A stretch of 63,898 nucleotides of DNA, counting the filler, from Choristocarpus tenellus KU-1152 (lineage: Eukaryota; Protista; Phaeophyceae): assembly GCA_964200185.2 (NCBI GenBank). It is 9 parts of 9 records of this genome, joined end to end, with 100 filler letters (N's around TTAATTAATTAA, not from the genome) between each part and the next. Parts side by side here need not be neighbours in the genome. Positions count along the whole stretch, not along the records: positions 1 to 12,674 come from CAXNAD020001743.1; 8 more parts are not named here. One strand, given 5' to 3'. Under the pieces are notes generated by a model that made no database searches, was not told the DNA's origin, and was given only the letters and a program-made list of their open reading frames with translations. Numbering within the stretch: the stretch's first letter is position 1; each line of letters starts with the position of its first letter. Position numbers and translations under genes: made by a program. Shown piece by piece: positions 1 to 12,774 of this stretch.

Positions 1-1112
1 TCGTCATCCTAACAAAGTGGACCTGCACCTTCGACACAAATGGAAGCTGGAGGCTAAGGAGACATGAGATATGGTACGATCGATAACAAGCAAGAACTGG
101 AGGTCAAGAAGATACTTTGGGTACCTGGTATGCCATGTAGGACTATTGGAATGTGTTTGCGCGTTATGGCCTGGTTTGGTTCTATAGGGGTGTTGTTCAT
201 TTGTTTGAGAAACGGATATTATGTATGATAGAGGATACACTTAGGCAGCGGAATGAACGAATGGTACGCACTTATTTGCTTTACGTAAGTTGTGAAATAT
301 TATGTGACTGGTGTAAGTGGTGGTTGAAGATTGGGAGAACAAAATGACACTGATTTGGATGTCAGGATTGGACGTTATAGGAGGAACCTATGTTGGTTAG
401 AGGGGATATAAGGGGATATGTGACACCTGTATATGGACCGGTGGAATCATTCGTGTGGGGCATTGTTCCCTTAGAAGCAATAAGAAGCGTTACCCACCTT
501 GTCCGTCGATGACATGTGAATAGTTGGCACTCCATCAACGAAGCTAGCACTCAGCACCTCGAAGTCTTCAGTGACAAAGGCAACCTCATCTCCAGCACTG
601 AGCATCTCTCCGTAGCTCGAGTGGTGTCTGGTGTTCCATTGAATCCTGTCCTTGCAGTGGACATTGAGTGGCAAGAACTCTACACCATTGTACTCCGATG
701 GCTGCGTCCGCACAATGCATATGTTTCCCTCGGCGAGCTGTCTCTTCTTCCTCGACAGCTGACTTCTCAGATACATATGACTCATTCCCGCTTCCGTGGA
801 AAATCCGAGGTCTATCTCCTTAAGCAGAGGCACGTTGGTTAGTTGTCACCTGCATTGGGCCAGGTTGCCGATGGAGCAGTTCATGCAGTAGCACGACAGT
901 TCGGTTTATATCAATGTACGGGAGTCTCCGGTGTTGAGCCGACCAGTGAAGAACCTGTAAATGGACTTGATTCCACTGAGGTTTGGGACACGTGGGTCGT
1001 GTCGTCCCGCACGGTCGATCTTATAAGAGGGAAGGTGGACTATCTCCTGTGTGCGGAACGTGTCGATGTATAGAAGTTTCGTATACGTGTTACTGTGCTG
1101 TCTGCCGTCTCT

Positions 1113-1296
1113 GGTTCGAAGTATTTGGGGGGGGGTGCCGACTGTCCATTTGGGGTCACTTTTTTCATGTCGCGATTTTTGGGTGATTTGGTTGCATACG
1201 TCGGATATATATAAAATGTAATTGCACCTTTCCAGATTTTGAGGCAAATGGACACCCTGGTGTAACCCCCCCACCCCCCCCCAGATACTTTGGGTC
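1113..1296. mobile_element. MITE family A (~185 bp, poly-G/poly-C subtermini) inserted in a transposase exon
   Basis: TIRs ggttcgaagtatttggg / cccagatactttgggtc. The transposase frame resumes on both sides. Confidence 0.85.
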
Positions 1297-1496
1297 CCCT
1301 GTCCGTCCAATCCTAAGGGTTGTGATGGTTGTGCGTATAAGAGGAGGGGTGGTACGTGCTGGAGTCAGTGTCGGCACCGAGGCAGTGAGCTGTGACCGAT
1401 TCGATGTGATGGCATTTTGTTTTGAGTGATATGTGCTACCTATTGCTGTAACGAGTGTTTGGTAATGACGGATGGCAGTGTGTGATGAACCGTAAA

Positions 1497-1756
1497 GAGC
1501 CAAAGTATCTTAGAGGGTAGAGCCACGTCCATTTGGGGTCCACAATCCAATATTGCGATTTTGATGTAATTTTGGCTATCGTGTTTGTTAAGAAGTGTCA
1601 ATATCCTTGTTCCGGACACACCTTTTCATAACGTATGCATTTTACCTACTCCGAAATATTTTGGTGCAGGAAAATGTCATTAAAAAACCCTGAGGGAATC
1701 TAAGCCTCAAATGGACAAACAGGGCAATACTTGTACCCTCTAAGATACTTTCACTC
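1497..1756. mobile_element. MITE family B (~260 bp)
   Basis: TIR GAGCCAAAGTATCTTAGAGGGTA / TACCCTCTAAGATACTTTCACTC; flanked by aaa/aaa. Confidence 0.9.
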
Positions 1757-1769
1757 AAACATAGAGTTT

Positions 1770-2455
1770 TGTGTTAGTTTGCCGATTGGTAGACTTCTGA
1801 AAAATAGAGGGCGATGGTTGCAAGTGTGCACAGACTTTGTGCGGTCGATTAAGAAGTATGTATGAGCGATCATCATGTGATTCGGTGGTGTCAGTATGAA
1901 GGGAAGGCACGGATATGACATAATGGGTCGACAAAATCTATTGCCTTGGTGGAATATATGGGTTAGCAAGGGGCGGGAGGGTGCAGAGTGTCGCGAATTG
2001 CAAACAGGGCTTTATTATTATGTGTGGGGAAATCATACACGTGGTACATGTGGTATCTATTCCTGCAGCAAGTGATGGATATATGATCGACGTTGTTACG
2101 TGAAAGGAAACAACAATAAATCGGAGTTTTGGTTTAGTTTACCGATTGGCAGACTCATTGTAAATCGAGGGCAATGGTTGCAAGTGTGCACGGACGGTGT
2201 GCAGTCAATTAATAGATCTGTATGTGCGATTATCATGTGATTCGTGGTGTCGATGTGAGGAAAGGTGCGGATGTGACATAATGGGTCAACGATATCTATT
2301 ATTGTGTTTAGTGTATGGGTTATCAAGGGGTGGGAGGGTGCAGACTGAATCGAGTGGCAAGGAGGGATCAGGTCCAGGGGGTGGGGAGAATCATGCATGC
2401 AGTATATGTGATATATATTCCTGCAACAAGCGATGGGTATATGGTTGACGTTGAC
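1770..2455. repeat. Diverged ~360-bp tandem duplication within a transposase intron
   Basis: gggc(g/a)atggttgcaagtgtgcac at ~1808 and ~2169; attcctgca(g/a)caag at ~2059 and ~2417. Confidence 0.75.
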
Positions 2456-2567
2456 TCTGGAGAGAAGAGAGGAACTTGGAATTTTGCGCGAGTTTACTGA
2501 TTGGCAAACTTGTACGAAATAGACGGCGATAGCTGTAAGTGTGTATAGATTATCTGCGCAATCATTT

Positions 2568-2835
2568 GAGCCAAAGTATCTTAGAGGGTAGGGCCGCGTC
2601 CATTTGGGGACCAAAATCCAATGTTGCGATTTGATGTAATTTTGTCTATCTTATTTGTTAGGAAGTGTCAATATCCTTGTTCCGGACACACCTTCTCATA
2701 ACGTATACATTTTACCTACTCCGAAACACTTTGGAGTAGAAAAATGTCATTAAGAACCCCNNNNNNNNNNATGGGATGCCAAGCCCCAAATGGACAAACA
2801 GGGCAAAACTCGTACCCTCTAAGATACTTTCACTC
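2568..2835. mobile_element. MITE family B
   Basis: Same TIRs; ttt/ttt flanks; contains a 10-N gap. Confidence 0.9.
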
Positions 2836-4063
2836 TTTCATAAGTGCGTATGTGTTATCTTGGTGCTGCGCGTTATGTCGGCATGGAGTGACGGATGTGA
2901 CATAAGTTCGAACGGTACGTGTTGAGTGTTTGTTGCATATGTGGGCATGGTGTACTTGTTGGGGTTGTCGCCAGTGGCAAACAGAGGCCGAACTTTTTGA
3001 GTGGGAGGGGGGGTCGTCGTGTGGAGTGTGCCTACCTTTTTGATGATTGTCTGCCCTGGAGGAACCTTATGACCTTTGCGGTAGCACCACTCTTCCTCTG
3101 GCGTCGGATCCCTCAAGGTATACCGAGTTTTGGTTGCCTAGATTGTATCCACTAGGGATGAGGTTCCTGGCATGTGCACCCCGTGTAGTTCCAATCTCCT
3201 GGTAGCAGACTTCACCACAGCCCCGACTCCATCAGACGAGGACTTGCCGTGACAGGAGGCAAAGAAGTTGTGTACTACGGAAATTCTCATCCGAGCTAAA
3301 GACTGAGAACCCACCACATCTGCCATCTGTTCTTGAACTGACTCCAACAGCCATCGGACCAGATGTGGAGGACCTCTAGGATCTGTCCGTCTTCACTGGT
3401 TAGAAGTATTAGGTGGCCTTTCACAAACATCTCCATGGCGTTCTGGACGAACTAGTTGTCTTGGATTTGGTCTTCACTGCACACCGTCATGCTCTGTCTG
3501 AGCCCAAACCCTTCCCTTCCCAAGATTTCCCTCTTCTCTGAGATCCCTCAACCACCAGACAATGGTCAGAATCGCCGTAAGGAATAGATTGAAGAACTCT
3601 TGTTGTGTCAAGTCTCGGTGGTTGTGTTGCAAGTGGGCGCTGAAGTCCATGGACGTGGAGACATGTCCTTTGGGGAGGCGGGATTTGCAGTGTTTGTATT
3701 GTTGCGCCTGCCAAATGGTGGTGTTGTGATGAAGAAAGAAGCTCTTGCTGAAGTTTGCAAACATGACTTTTAGAAGTGTAGGGAATCCCTCCGTCCTTGA
3801 GAACAGGACCTGCATCGAATGGTCCAGGTGGTCACGTATCGAGCGTTGATGCTGGTGATAGGTCATGGTGATTCAGGCTTTGTAGTGGTGTAATCGATTA
3901 TGTTCGGTGCTGTGGGAGGGAGCATCTGCTCGTTGTTTGACGAATATGCCGTGACACATTCAATGTGCACTGTAATTATTAGTCGAAGGAAACTGTCGCT
4001 CACCTTTCGTCTCCGGCTTTGTTTTTCCGTAGACCCTGTGGCGTCGTCGTCATTGTTCTCCTT

Positions 4064-4321
4064 GAGTGAAAGTATCTTAGAGGGTAGAGCTGCGTCCATT
4101 TGGGGCCAAAATCCAATGTCGCAATTTTGATGTAATTTTGGTTATCATATTTATTAGGAGATGCCAATATCCTTGTTCCAGAGACTCCTTTTCATAACGT
4201 TTACATTTTACCTGCACCAAACCATTTTGGAGTAGGAAAAATGTCATTAATAATCCGTGGGAAGCCAAAACCCAAATGGACAAACAGGGAAAAACTCATA
4301 CCCTGTAAGATACTTTCAATC
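4064..4321. mobile_element. MITE family B inserted in a transposase exon
   Basis: Splits CMVGES...RTK / KENNDDDATGS, which is contiguous in copy 2 (CMVGES...EEKDDEDDTGS); flanks cctt/tctt. Confidence 0.9.
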
Positions 4322-5818
4322 TCTTGGTCCTGTTCCTCCTGAAGTCAGGGGCGGACTCTCCCACCATGCACTTAGCGATAATCAAATGGTCCGTCATGAG
4401 ATTGTCCACCCTCAGTTCTGCATATTTGCCTTGATCATCTGGATCATGTCATCTTTGATGATCCTGTTTGAGGTGGTTATGCCAAGTCTAGATGAAAACG
4501 CCTGTGTGGCAGTGTAGACGGACATAGAGGTTTATTGCAGCATGGGTATGTGGTCTGGATGTGAACATGGAGATATGGTCGATTGGTAGGGTAGGTTGCC
4601 GCGTCGATCCTGGATCCGGCGTGAGGGTGGAACCGGACAAGTTCGTCTTCCAAATCTAACTAGTTGGTGAGTGTTTCCATAAGGCACACCTTTATCTCCT
4701 GGCAAGTCTTTCGTTGCAGGTCCGCCTCCACCACCACGGTGTATGCGTGGATGAACTCATTCCATGTGACACGGGTGCTGTGAGAGTCCAATATAGAAGG
4801 GCACTTCCACATCGGATGAGATTTCCAGTAACACCTGTCACATGTACCGTCGACGCAGGAATTTTTGAAACCGCCCAAGGAACTGCCAGAGGACGGTTCG
4901 CTGAGAGGCTCCAGCACGGTCCTCTCGCATCTGTTTTTTTTTATTAGTCCGAGAGCGGTTTTTGTTGTCAGTGTAGATGTTTGAATAGCGGATTGAACGT
5001 CACTAGTGGAGTCCGGCTGTCGCTGCCACATATTCAGAGGACGTAGTGAAACGGTTTGAGGGCGAGTACGTTGGTGCGTATCTACAGTGGTTTCATTATT
5101 GTGGATACCATTCCAGCTCGTCGCGATAACACATTCGCCACATCATGGGCGTGGTTTGGCATAGAAACTTACAAGAGGAAGGCCATTAAATGAGCACCAC
5201 TTTCGAGTGTGGCCTCCACTTCTTCAGACCCGCACCCTTTGCCTTTGTCACAGAATGCGCATGTGCATGCGCAAGTGCGTTCTCCATCATCGCCAAAGAA
5301 CTTCCTCGCATGTACTTTCTTCCAGTTCTCTCTTAGGCACTAAACCTGGAGGTCGGTGGTCATGTGGTGAATGCAAACGCACGATCTGTGTTGCGCGAAA
5401 AAGTGGAGGGAGGGATACGGCGGGTTAGCACCCCTTGTATGTGGACACGGATGATGCAATATGTGACGGGTACCCTGTGGTGGTTAGGAAACATAGACTT
5501 ACCTAATCATCACCGTAGCGTGTGTCCTAAAAATGGAAAGGCTATTTCCGCACGAACTTTGGCGTGGACTTTGAATGTAAAACAATCTCCACTTCACGAA
5601 TGTCGACAGTGTATTGGTCCTGACCTCCCCTCCTGTTCGAATCTCTCCCTGAATTTGGCGTAGACATCCTCATCTGTCCCAATCTGTGACTTGTTGTCAC
5701 ATCGGTTGCACCATGTATTCGTAGTGTAATGTCAAAGTTTTGTTGGTCGAGGATGAACATGTTACAATAATTAATTCATAAATTGTCGAGGGTGGATATG
5801 CGCAATATTTGTGAGGAT

Positions 5819-6076
5819 GATCCAAATTATCTTAGAGGGTAGAGCCGCGTCCATTTGGAGCCCAAATCCAATGTTGCAATTTTGATGTAATTTTCACAAT
5901 CGTGTTTATTAGGAAGTGTCAATATCCTTGTTCCGGGCACATGTTTTCATAAAGTATACATTTTAACTACTCCTAAACATTTTGGAGTAGGAATAATTAA
6001 TAAAAAAACCCATGGGAAGCCAAGCCCCAAATGGACAAACAGTGCAAAACTCGTACCCTCGAAGATGCCTTCACTT
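5819..6076. mobile_element. MITE family B
   Basis: Degenerate TIRs; gat/gat TSD. Confidence 0.85.
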
Positions 6077-9000
6077 GATGACACTCGCTAGTGTGGCGTA
6101 CCTCTGAGCGCGCTGTTGGCACAGTGCATCCGGGCGGCAAACGTTCTTGTTCGTATGCGGGTCTAAGTGCATTCCCTGAGTGGAATCATGAGATGTAACC
6201 GGATCGTGGGGCACGGCGGTGCTATTGCTCTCCCATACGGTGATACCAAGGACATGTTTATCAGGATGCTGTACATCAAACTGTCCGAGGAGCTGTCCCT
6301 TCCCACATCGAACACCCTTGGTCTGCTGTTTTGTCTGAGGTAGTGATGGGAGATGTGGGGCTTGTGTTGGTTGTGCACCAGGATATGAGGGATCATCCGG
6401 GCATCTGCTAGTGATGAAATTGTTTTCGACATGCAGTGGATGTGTTCGCCTGGGGGCCAAGTTGTGTTTATCACACAACTTAAGATTGATGAGAACGAAC
6501 TTCCATACCTGTGGGCAGTGCCTTGAGGACAGTAGTGAGGGTCGTAGTTGTCGGATACGGGAGACTCTCCTCCAGCGTCATCTGCAGCCGATGCGGAGGG
6601 GCTCGCCTGTCGCCGCATGTCTGGCATGAATTCTGTACGTTTTTTGGCGGATGACCTTAGTGTGTTGACGTTGATGTCGTATTTTCTTGCTGTGATGGAC
6701 AGAAGGCATTGAAACGTCGATGTCACCTCATCATCGCCTATTTCAACATAAGGAGTGATGCCAACGAGGATGGATTTGTATACCCGACAGGTATGCTCGG
6801 TGCTAAGATCTTTCTTTACACATTCTAGGAATGTCTTGACCTGGAGATCAGGTGTGGACTCGTGTTGTTCCCGAGCCAGCACAACTCGCAGCGCGCTCGC
6901 CAACCCTAAATCTGCTTTTCTCATCCAACAACCAAGAGGCAAGGTCATTCCAAGAGCGGCCGCTTCCTTCCATCTCTTCTGGACCATCGTGGTTGACAAA
7001 CATGGAGAGGAAGAGGTCCATGATCTGGTCTGTTTTGGATTTCTTCCACTAACGGGCGGCACTGGTCTTGGGCAGTCTCTTTAGTTCCCGTTTCCTGAGT
7101 GGGATCCAAACGAGGTTACGATATGAATTGGGTGGGTTTGTTTCCCTTTTGACATTAGTGATGGATTCTCATTATGTGAACATAGGTAATACTGCATCTT
7201 TCTTCGGGGAAAGGAGCTTCCACAATGTTTGGTATCGAAGTGTTCCACGGAGTATGGTCGTATTGGATGACACCCCACTTTAAAAGCATGGAGAAGGGTG
7301 TGTTTGATACATTGAGAACCGAAACCGCCCTGATTAGAATATCCTGAAAGGGTGTGCATCACTTATGCGGCCAATCGCGAGCCATATCAAAAAGGTTGCG
7401 AAAACGTACGATGAAACATGTAGGACGAAGTGAATGGGGGTAGTTTTTCGAACGGTAGAGTGTGTGTTTTGATCTAATTTTTTGGGGGGAAACAGTTGAC
7501 AAGTGCATGGTGGGTGTCGCCCCTGAGACTATTGGCACATGTATGTACTACAATTGACGTGTTCTGTAGAACTGCAAACTAAATGCGTACGATGGATTTT
7601 GTGGTGGAAGGGATACTGAACGTTTCATGTGATGTCGGTCAACACATATCCCCACATGCACATACCATCTTATGCGCCCCTTTCTCTATAGGGGATATGA
7701 GATCGCGATTGAGTTTTGTGGTAAGTCGAGAACGATGGTTTGGAGGCGTGGGGCTTCAAAGAGGTGACTATGTGGACAGCCACAACCTTTGCCAGACTTT
7801 CGATGCAAATGTGTGATTTCGGAAGGATATGGTGACCATATGCTTTGCTATGTGTAGTCTTCAAGCGCTAATCCCTCCTTCAGGTAATTACAGAACGCAC
7901 AGATTACATTGGAGTGTGTCTCGCTGCGACGGAGGCCTGGTCTTGCCTTTGGGATGTCCTGGGGTCTATACCTCCGGAGTCCACGAGTTCATTCCCCTTG
8001 TTAGCGAGATTCCCTAGTGGCTGGTGGGTCGTCATCGTACATCTGCAGTTCGATAGGTGTGGTCCTCTCGAAGGACTGCGACAATGATTCCTCTATATTG
8101 TCCAGGCCCGTTGGTTTGTTGTGGACAGAGTGAGGGAGTGTGGGGTTTGTCGCACATGTGGTTTTGCCAAAGTCTTTTGTTATGCACTATAATGTAATTC
8201 TACAAGACCACGCAAATATATGAAAACAAAATGCAAACTCAAAGGTTTGACCCTCTCGCACTAATGAAGAAATAGTGCATGGAGAGTTATATCTATATAA
8301 ATAATACACTGTTATTTCTGTATTTGTTCTAGTTCAACGCCATCGTAGACATGCATAGAAATTTCAAATCATATGTGAAGAGAGAAGAAATCCCTTTACT
8401 AAATATCCTTTTTTATTCCCGAGGAAAAGGAACACCCCAACTAGCCTGTTCATAACCACAAAATATATACTATTAATTAATAGGGGTGCAACATTCCATA
8501 AAGGTGATTGTTCTTGTATGGACTATTGTGAAGTTGTTATGCAACCGAAAAAAGAGTAGCATAAAACGACCATACCTTCTTGGTCAAGAGAGCATAGGTC
8601 TGCATCCCTTGCATGAGAATCAGGCTCCTCTGTGGCTATCCCTATGCGCTGTACGTGACACTGAATACCGGGCGTGTCGGAAGGTAAAAAGACGACAAGA
8701 CTCCCACTTCGTGCAAGGTGGTCAGGTGCGTACGGCTGGAGGACGATGTGAACCGACCGCGACATGCCATCCTCTCTGGGCCTGACTCCATGCGAAAAAC
8801 ATTTTCTCTTTCTCATTCTGTTTGCTTCTCCTGTCCCATTTCCAACGTCCCCACCCAATGCAGACATCCCTCGATCAACTGTGAGGCTTAGTCCAACCAC
8901 CGAACGCCAAAAGGAACAAGAAGGTGAGTCCCCATAAAAGAAACGTTCACCATTCGTGCAGCCTATACTGGAGCGTCTCTGAATTACCAATATCACCAAC

Positions 9001-9118
9001 ACATCGTCATGATTTAGCGCCTTTGGCGGATGTTGCGACTATCGTCCGTTCACGTAGCATTTACTAGCAAGTGGCTGACATGATAGTGTACCCACATGGC
9101 TATATTTGTAACCTTTAC

Positions 9119-9420
9119 AACCGTGTACGCACCAGCTGTTAGCAGTGGTAATACCAACATTTTCAGATTTGATGCCCTGTATTTATTTGCGTTTCCAACC
9201 GTGTACATATCACCTGTCAGCAGTGATAACACCAGCATTTTCAAATTCAATACCCTGTATATTTTACGTTTATTATAACCGTGTACTTACCAGCTTCACA
9301 TGGTGGTGTCACCAACATTTTCAAATCGGATGCCCTATATTCATTACGTTTAGAACCGTGTACACACCAGCTGTCAGCCGTGGTAACACAAGCATGTTCA
9401 TATTGGATGCTCTGTGTTAG
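9119..9420. repeat. Four diverged ~78-bp tandem repeats
   Basis: aaccgtgtac anchors at ~9119, 9197, 9277 and 9354, each followed by ...accaacattttcaaat..gatgccct. Confidence 0.85.
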
Positions 9421-10009
9421 AGGCAAGAGTTTTTCGCTGGTTGTCCTTTGGGGATTGACTGCCCACGGTTTTTCAAGGACATTGTATTTACTCCAAAATG
9501 TTTTGGAGAAGTACATTGTCTACAATAAGGAAAGGAGTGTTCGGAAAAAGACATTGACATCTCCAAACAATAATGTTGGCAAGAATTACAGCAAAAATGC
9601 AACATTTGTATTCGGCCGCCAAATGGACGCGGCCCTACCACAAGATATTTCGACCAGCACCCATGATACCAACCCTAGCCCTAACCAAAATAAATCACCT
9701 ACATTTTGAACATTAATCCCAATCCGCCATTTACAGATTTCACCTCGCATCGAAGACGTCAACATAGAATCATTCAACGTATGAAATGACTTCAGCGAAT
9801 TCGACCAAACCTTTGTCGGAAATTGGAATATGTGTTGCAGTCACATTTGTTGGGAGTAATCAGACAACTGATCCGAAATAGAAACAAGATTCCACGATGC
9901 AATTTCACCCACCACAACACCCGTCTGTCCAGGGTGACGTGGTGACACCTTCAATACGCATGTGTAAGGGATCCTATACCATTGGAACATTTCCGAGAAG
10001 ATTCGTATC

Positions 10010-10640
10010 GGAAATGGACATACACACCCCCTCGACCGTCTTGCCGCGCTTTGGAATTTGATGGCCTTTACCGTTCCACAGAACATATCAAATTCATTCA
10101 CTGCTATCTGCCTTATGTCAAGCACAAACCTGCGCATGGTTGCCCTCCCGACATCCAACCCGGATCAGCGCGTAAATTTATCTTCATCTTTCAATTTCGC
10201 GGTTCAACGCAATGTTTTCCTGCTCAGGTTATTAGTATTTCAAATTGACACACACACACCCAATCGTCTTGCCACGCTTTCGAAATTGGTGGCCTTTACC
10301 GTTCGACAGAAGACATGAAATTCATTCATCACTGGCTGCCATATTTCAAGCATAAACCTGTGCATGGTTGCCCTCCCGACATCTAACCTGGGTCGGCATA
10401 AATTCCTTTCATGTTCACTTTTCACTTTCGAGATTCGATGTAACGTTTTCCTGCTCAGGATTACTATTTCAAATCGACACACACACCCCCAACAGTCTTG
10501 CCCTGCTTTGCATATTGATGGCCTTTACCGTTCGACTGAAGACATGAAATACATTCATTATTGCCTGCCCTATGTCAAGCACAAACCTGTGCATGATTGC
10601 CCTCGCTACATGTTACCTTGGTCGGCGCGTAAATCCTTCC
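10010..10640 (+). repeat. Three ~228-bp tandem repeats, probably a decayed coding repeat
   Basis: tggcctttaccgtt at 10062, 10290 and 10519; the + frame reads GLYRSTExxKFIHxxLPYxKHKPxHGCP in each unit. Confidence 0.8.
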
Positions 10641-11010
10641 AGTCTGTGTCCGGTATTGGTACGTACACATATTCAATATTCATCCCATGTCAACTGGGGT
10701 AACCGTTCGATATTTATTAGGAAATAGCGGCCTTCAAGGAAAGCGTTACGCCGTCCTAATGTCCCCCATCGCTACGCCTGTACAGATCCCGTCATCATTA
10801 ATCACATAGTCCATCACTGTTCGTATAAAGACACCCTTGCTGTACTCGGCTAACAATAGCATCCACCCCTACATCGATATCCTTCTCCATTGCTGATAAC
10901 ATTGTCCTAACATTTTCAACCTTCACAGACAACCGGTCAGAGGACCAAGGATTCATAAACACCAAAAGTCCACAGACCTGATAACGTTGAACCTCAGCGT
11001 GACGTGTACG

Positions 11011-11844
11011 ATGGACCTCGACACATCTAACTTCTTGACACAGAGCTACAACGCCAACCTTTTTAACAACAGTATAGTGGAGTCTATGTTCTCAAAGCTT
11101 GGGCCAGACCCACAGGTCGCCGCCGATAGGCTTGCGGGGATCCTGAGTGGGCAGTCTTTTTCGCTGTGCTCGAGATGGAACACCATAAGCGACTTCAAAG
11201 CCGACATGCGCAGGGTAAACGTGCCCTCCAGTGTGCCCGAAAGGGAACTACTTGAATATTATATCGTCGATGGCAACTTAGGCATGGACCAAAATGGCGG
11301 CAATAGGGAGATAGAGGACGACGACAACCTCTAGCTTTGCCTTAATGGACAATACCGCGTAATGATGTTGAGGGCAATCGAGTGCATCGCCAAGGAGGAC
11401 ATTGTCCCTTGTGGTCTCAACCTCCCGGCCCATGCCACAATGCGATGGGCCTCAGAAGTAGGAGCAAACCTCCAGATCGCCCACCACAGGAACTTCAAGT
11501 GGAAGATATATCCACATTGCAGCCGGGAGAAGGCAGAATCAATCTCCATAGGAAAAGGGGTTGCAGCTAGCAGGTCGCACGTGCCAAACATCCTAGACAT
11601 CTTCCATTGGATGGTCTCTTGGGTTGCCGCTATCCTGGAGTATAGGCGCGACTTCAGTTGCGACATGCCCCATCCCTACGTCCGGGAAACGGAAGAGGAC
11701 TTTGATCGTTGCACGTGCATGGCGACATTGGTCACCAAGTGCAATCAGTACTGTCTAGGTGACATAGACTTCCGGAGTGCCGACGCCGCGTTACAGACGG
11801 CTATTAAGAGGAGGGTAGCTGCCAAGATAAATGTTCGTAGATAG
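11011..11844 (+). pseudogene. Intronless ~277-codon orphan gene with one in-frame TAG
   Basis: ORFs 10987-11334 and 11362-11844 are in the same frame, separated only by TAG at 11332-11334; composition is coding-like; no family recognised. Confidence 0.6.
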
Positions 11845-12674
11845 TGCTGCTGATACATGTAGACACCACCGGTGGATTAGATAATAGGATGGAGAGCCAG
11901 TAACAGATATATTATATGTACTGACTCATAGTGCTGATTGGTTTTAGATCATGTTCAAGATACACTTCCTATACTTAAGATAAGTAAATAAGTAACTCAT
12001 AGTAAATTAGTGTGGACGGTTACAAACCCACACTATAGAGTAATGATGGTAATTTAGGCTAGAGTCTCACCCACGAGTTCAGTCAGCAGAATCGAGACCA
12101 CAAGACCCTTGTAATATAAACTTTACTCATCTACATCAAGCTGTTCTTTGTCCTTCATTAAAACACCATAAAAGCCGCGGGTCCAGTGTGGGATAGTTCA
12201 ACAATAAAGGCATTCCTCAAAGAAGCTTGGTAGGACACACATATGGAAGACAGGGTGAATAGACTCACTGACCAGACCTCTATCCAATTCTTCAACGAGA
12301 TCGCCACCCTTGTCTACATATGCGCGGGAGAAGGTGAGATTCTCACGGCTCCTTCCACAGGAAACGATTCGTGAAACGATCGTGAAGCACCGCCAACATT
12401 TCGCCGCCCATATCCATATTAATTCCGCGGCGATGATGCAACCAACCCGATCCCTTTCTTCCCCTTACTAAGTTCCACCAGAGACAAAAGAACTGGAGGA
12501 ATCCTCCTCCGTGTGTGGAGAGAGCACAAGAAGCGCGACGGGTCAAGTGTAAGCGTGGTGCAGCCATCCCCACATTTGTACATCCAATACCCCATCACTA
12601 ACGGTCCAACAACACCGTAGTAACCCCTGCCTTCGCATACTGAGCTTGAATTGACCCAAAGTATCTGGGAGGGG

Positions 12675-12774
12675 NNNNNNNNNNNNNNNNNNNNNNNNNN
12701 NNNNNNNNNNNNNNNNNNTTAATTAATTAANNNNNNNNNNNNNNNNNNNNNNNNNNNNNNNNNNNNNNNNNNNN
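12675..12774. other. Artificial contig linker N44-TTAATTAATTAA-N44 (also 18182-18281, 27723-27822, 31420-31519, 39073-39172, 43054-43153, 49324-49423, 57130-57229)
   Basis: Identical 100-bp spacer with stops in all six frames, present 8 times. Confidence 0.98.

Larger units (their letters stand above)
480..7062 (-). pseudogene. Sola2-like DDD transposase gene, multi-exon, decayed (copy 1)
   Basis: Minus-strand pieces in order: N-terminal 299-aa ORF (6163-7062), ITSRCP, STFVKWRLFYI, CVDGTCDRC (4660-5031), then the core MDFS...EDQIQDN...HIWSDGCWSQFKN...FFASCHGKSSSDGVGAVVK (3035-3810), then C-terminal CRATA*TAPS (decayed SCYCxxC) and VPLLKE... (471-1100). These motifs match Sola2-type transposases. 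GT/AG boundaries at ~4689, ~4001, ~3810, ~3035 and ~1313. Frameshifts, stops and MITE insertions are present. Confidence 0.8.

Noticed and set aside
11851-12138. Possible solo LTR (TG...CA with TGTAGA/TCTACA)
   Set aside because: No clean TSD, PBS or second copy in the window.
12719-12730. Recurrent TTAATTAATTAA motif
   Set aside because: Synthetic linker inside N runs.
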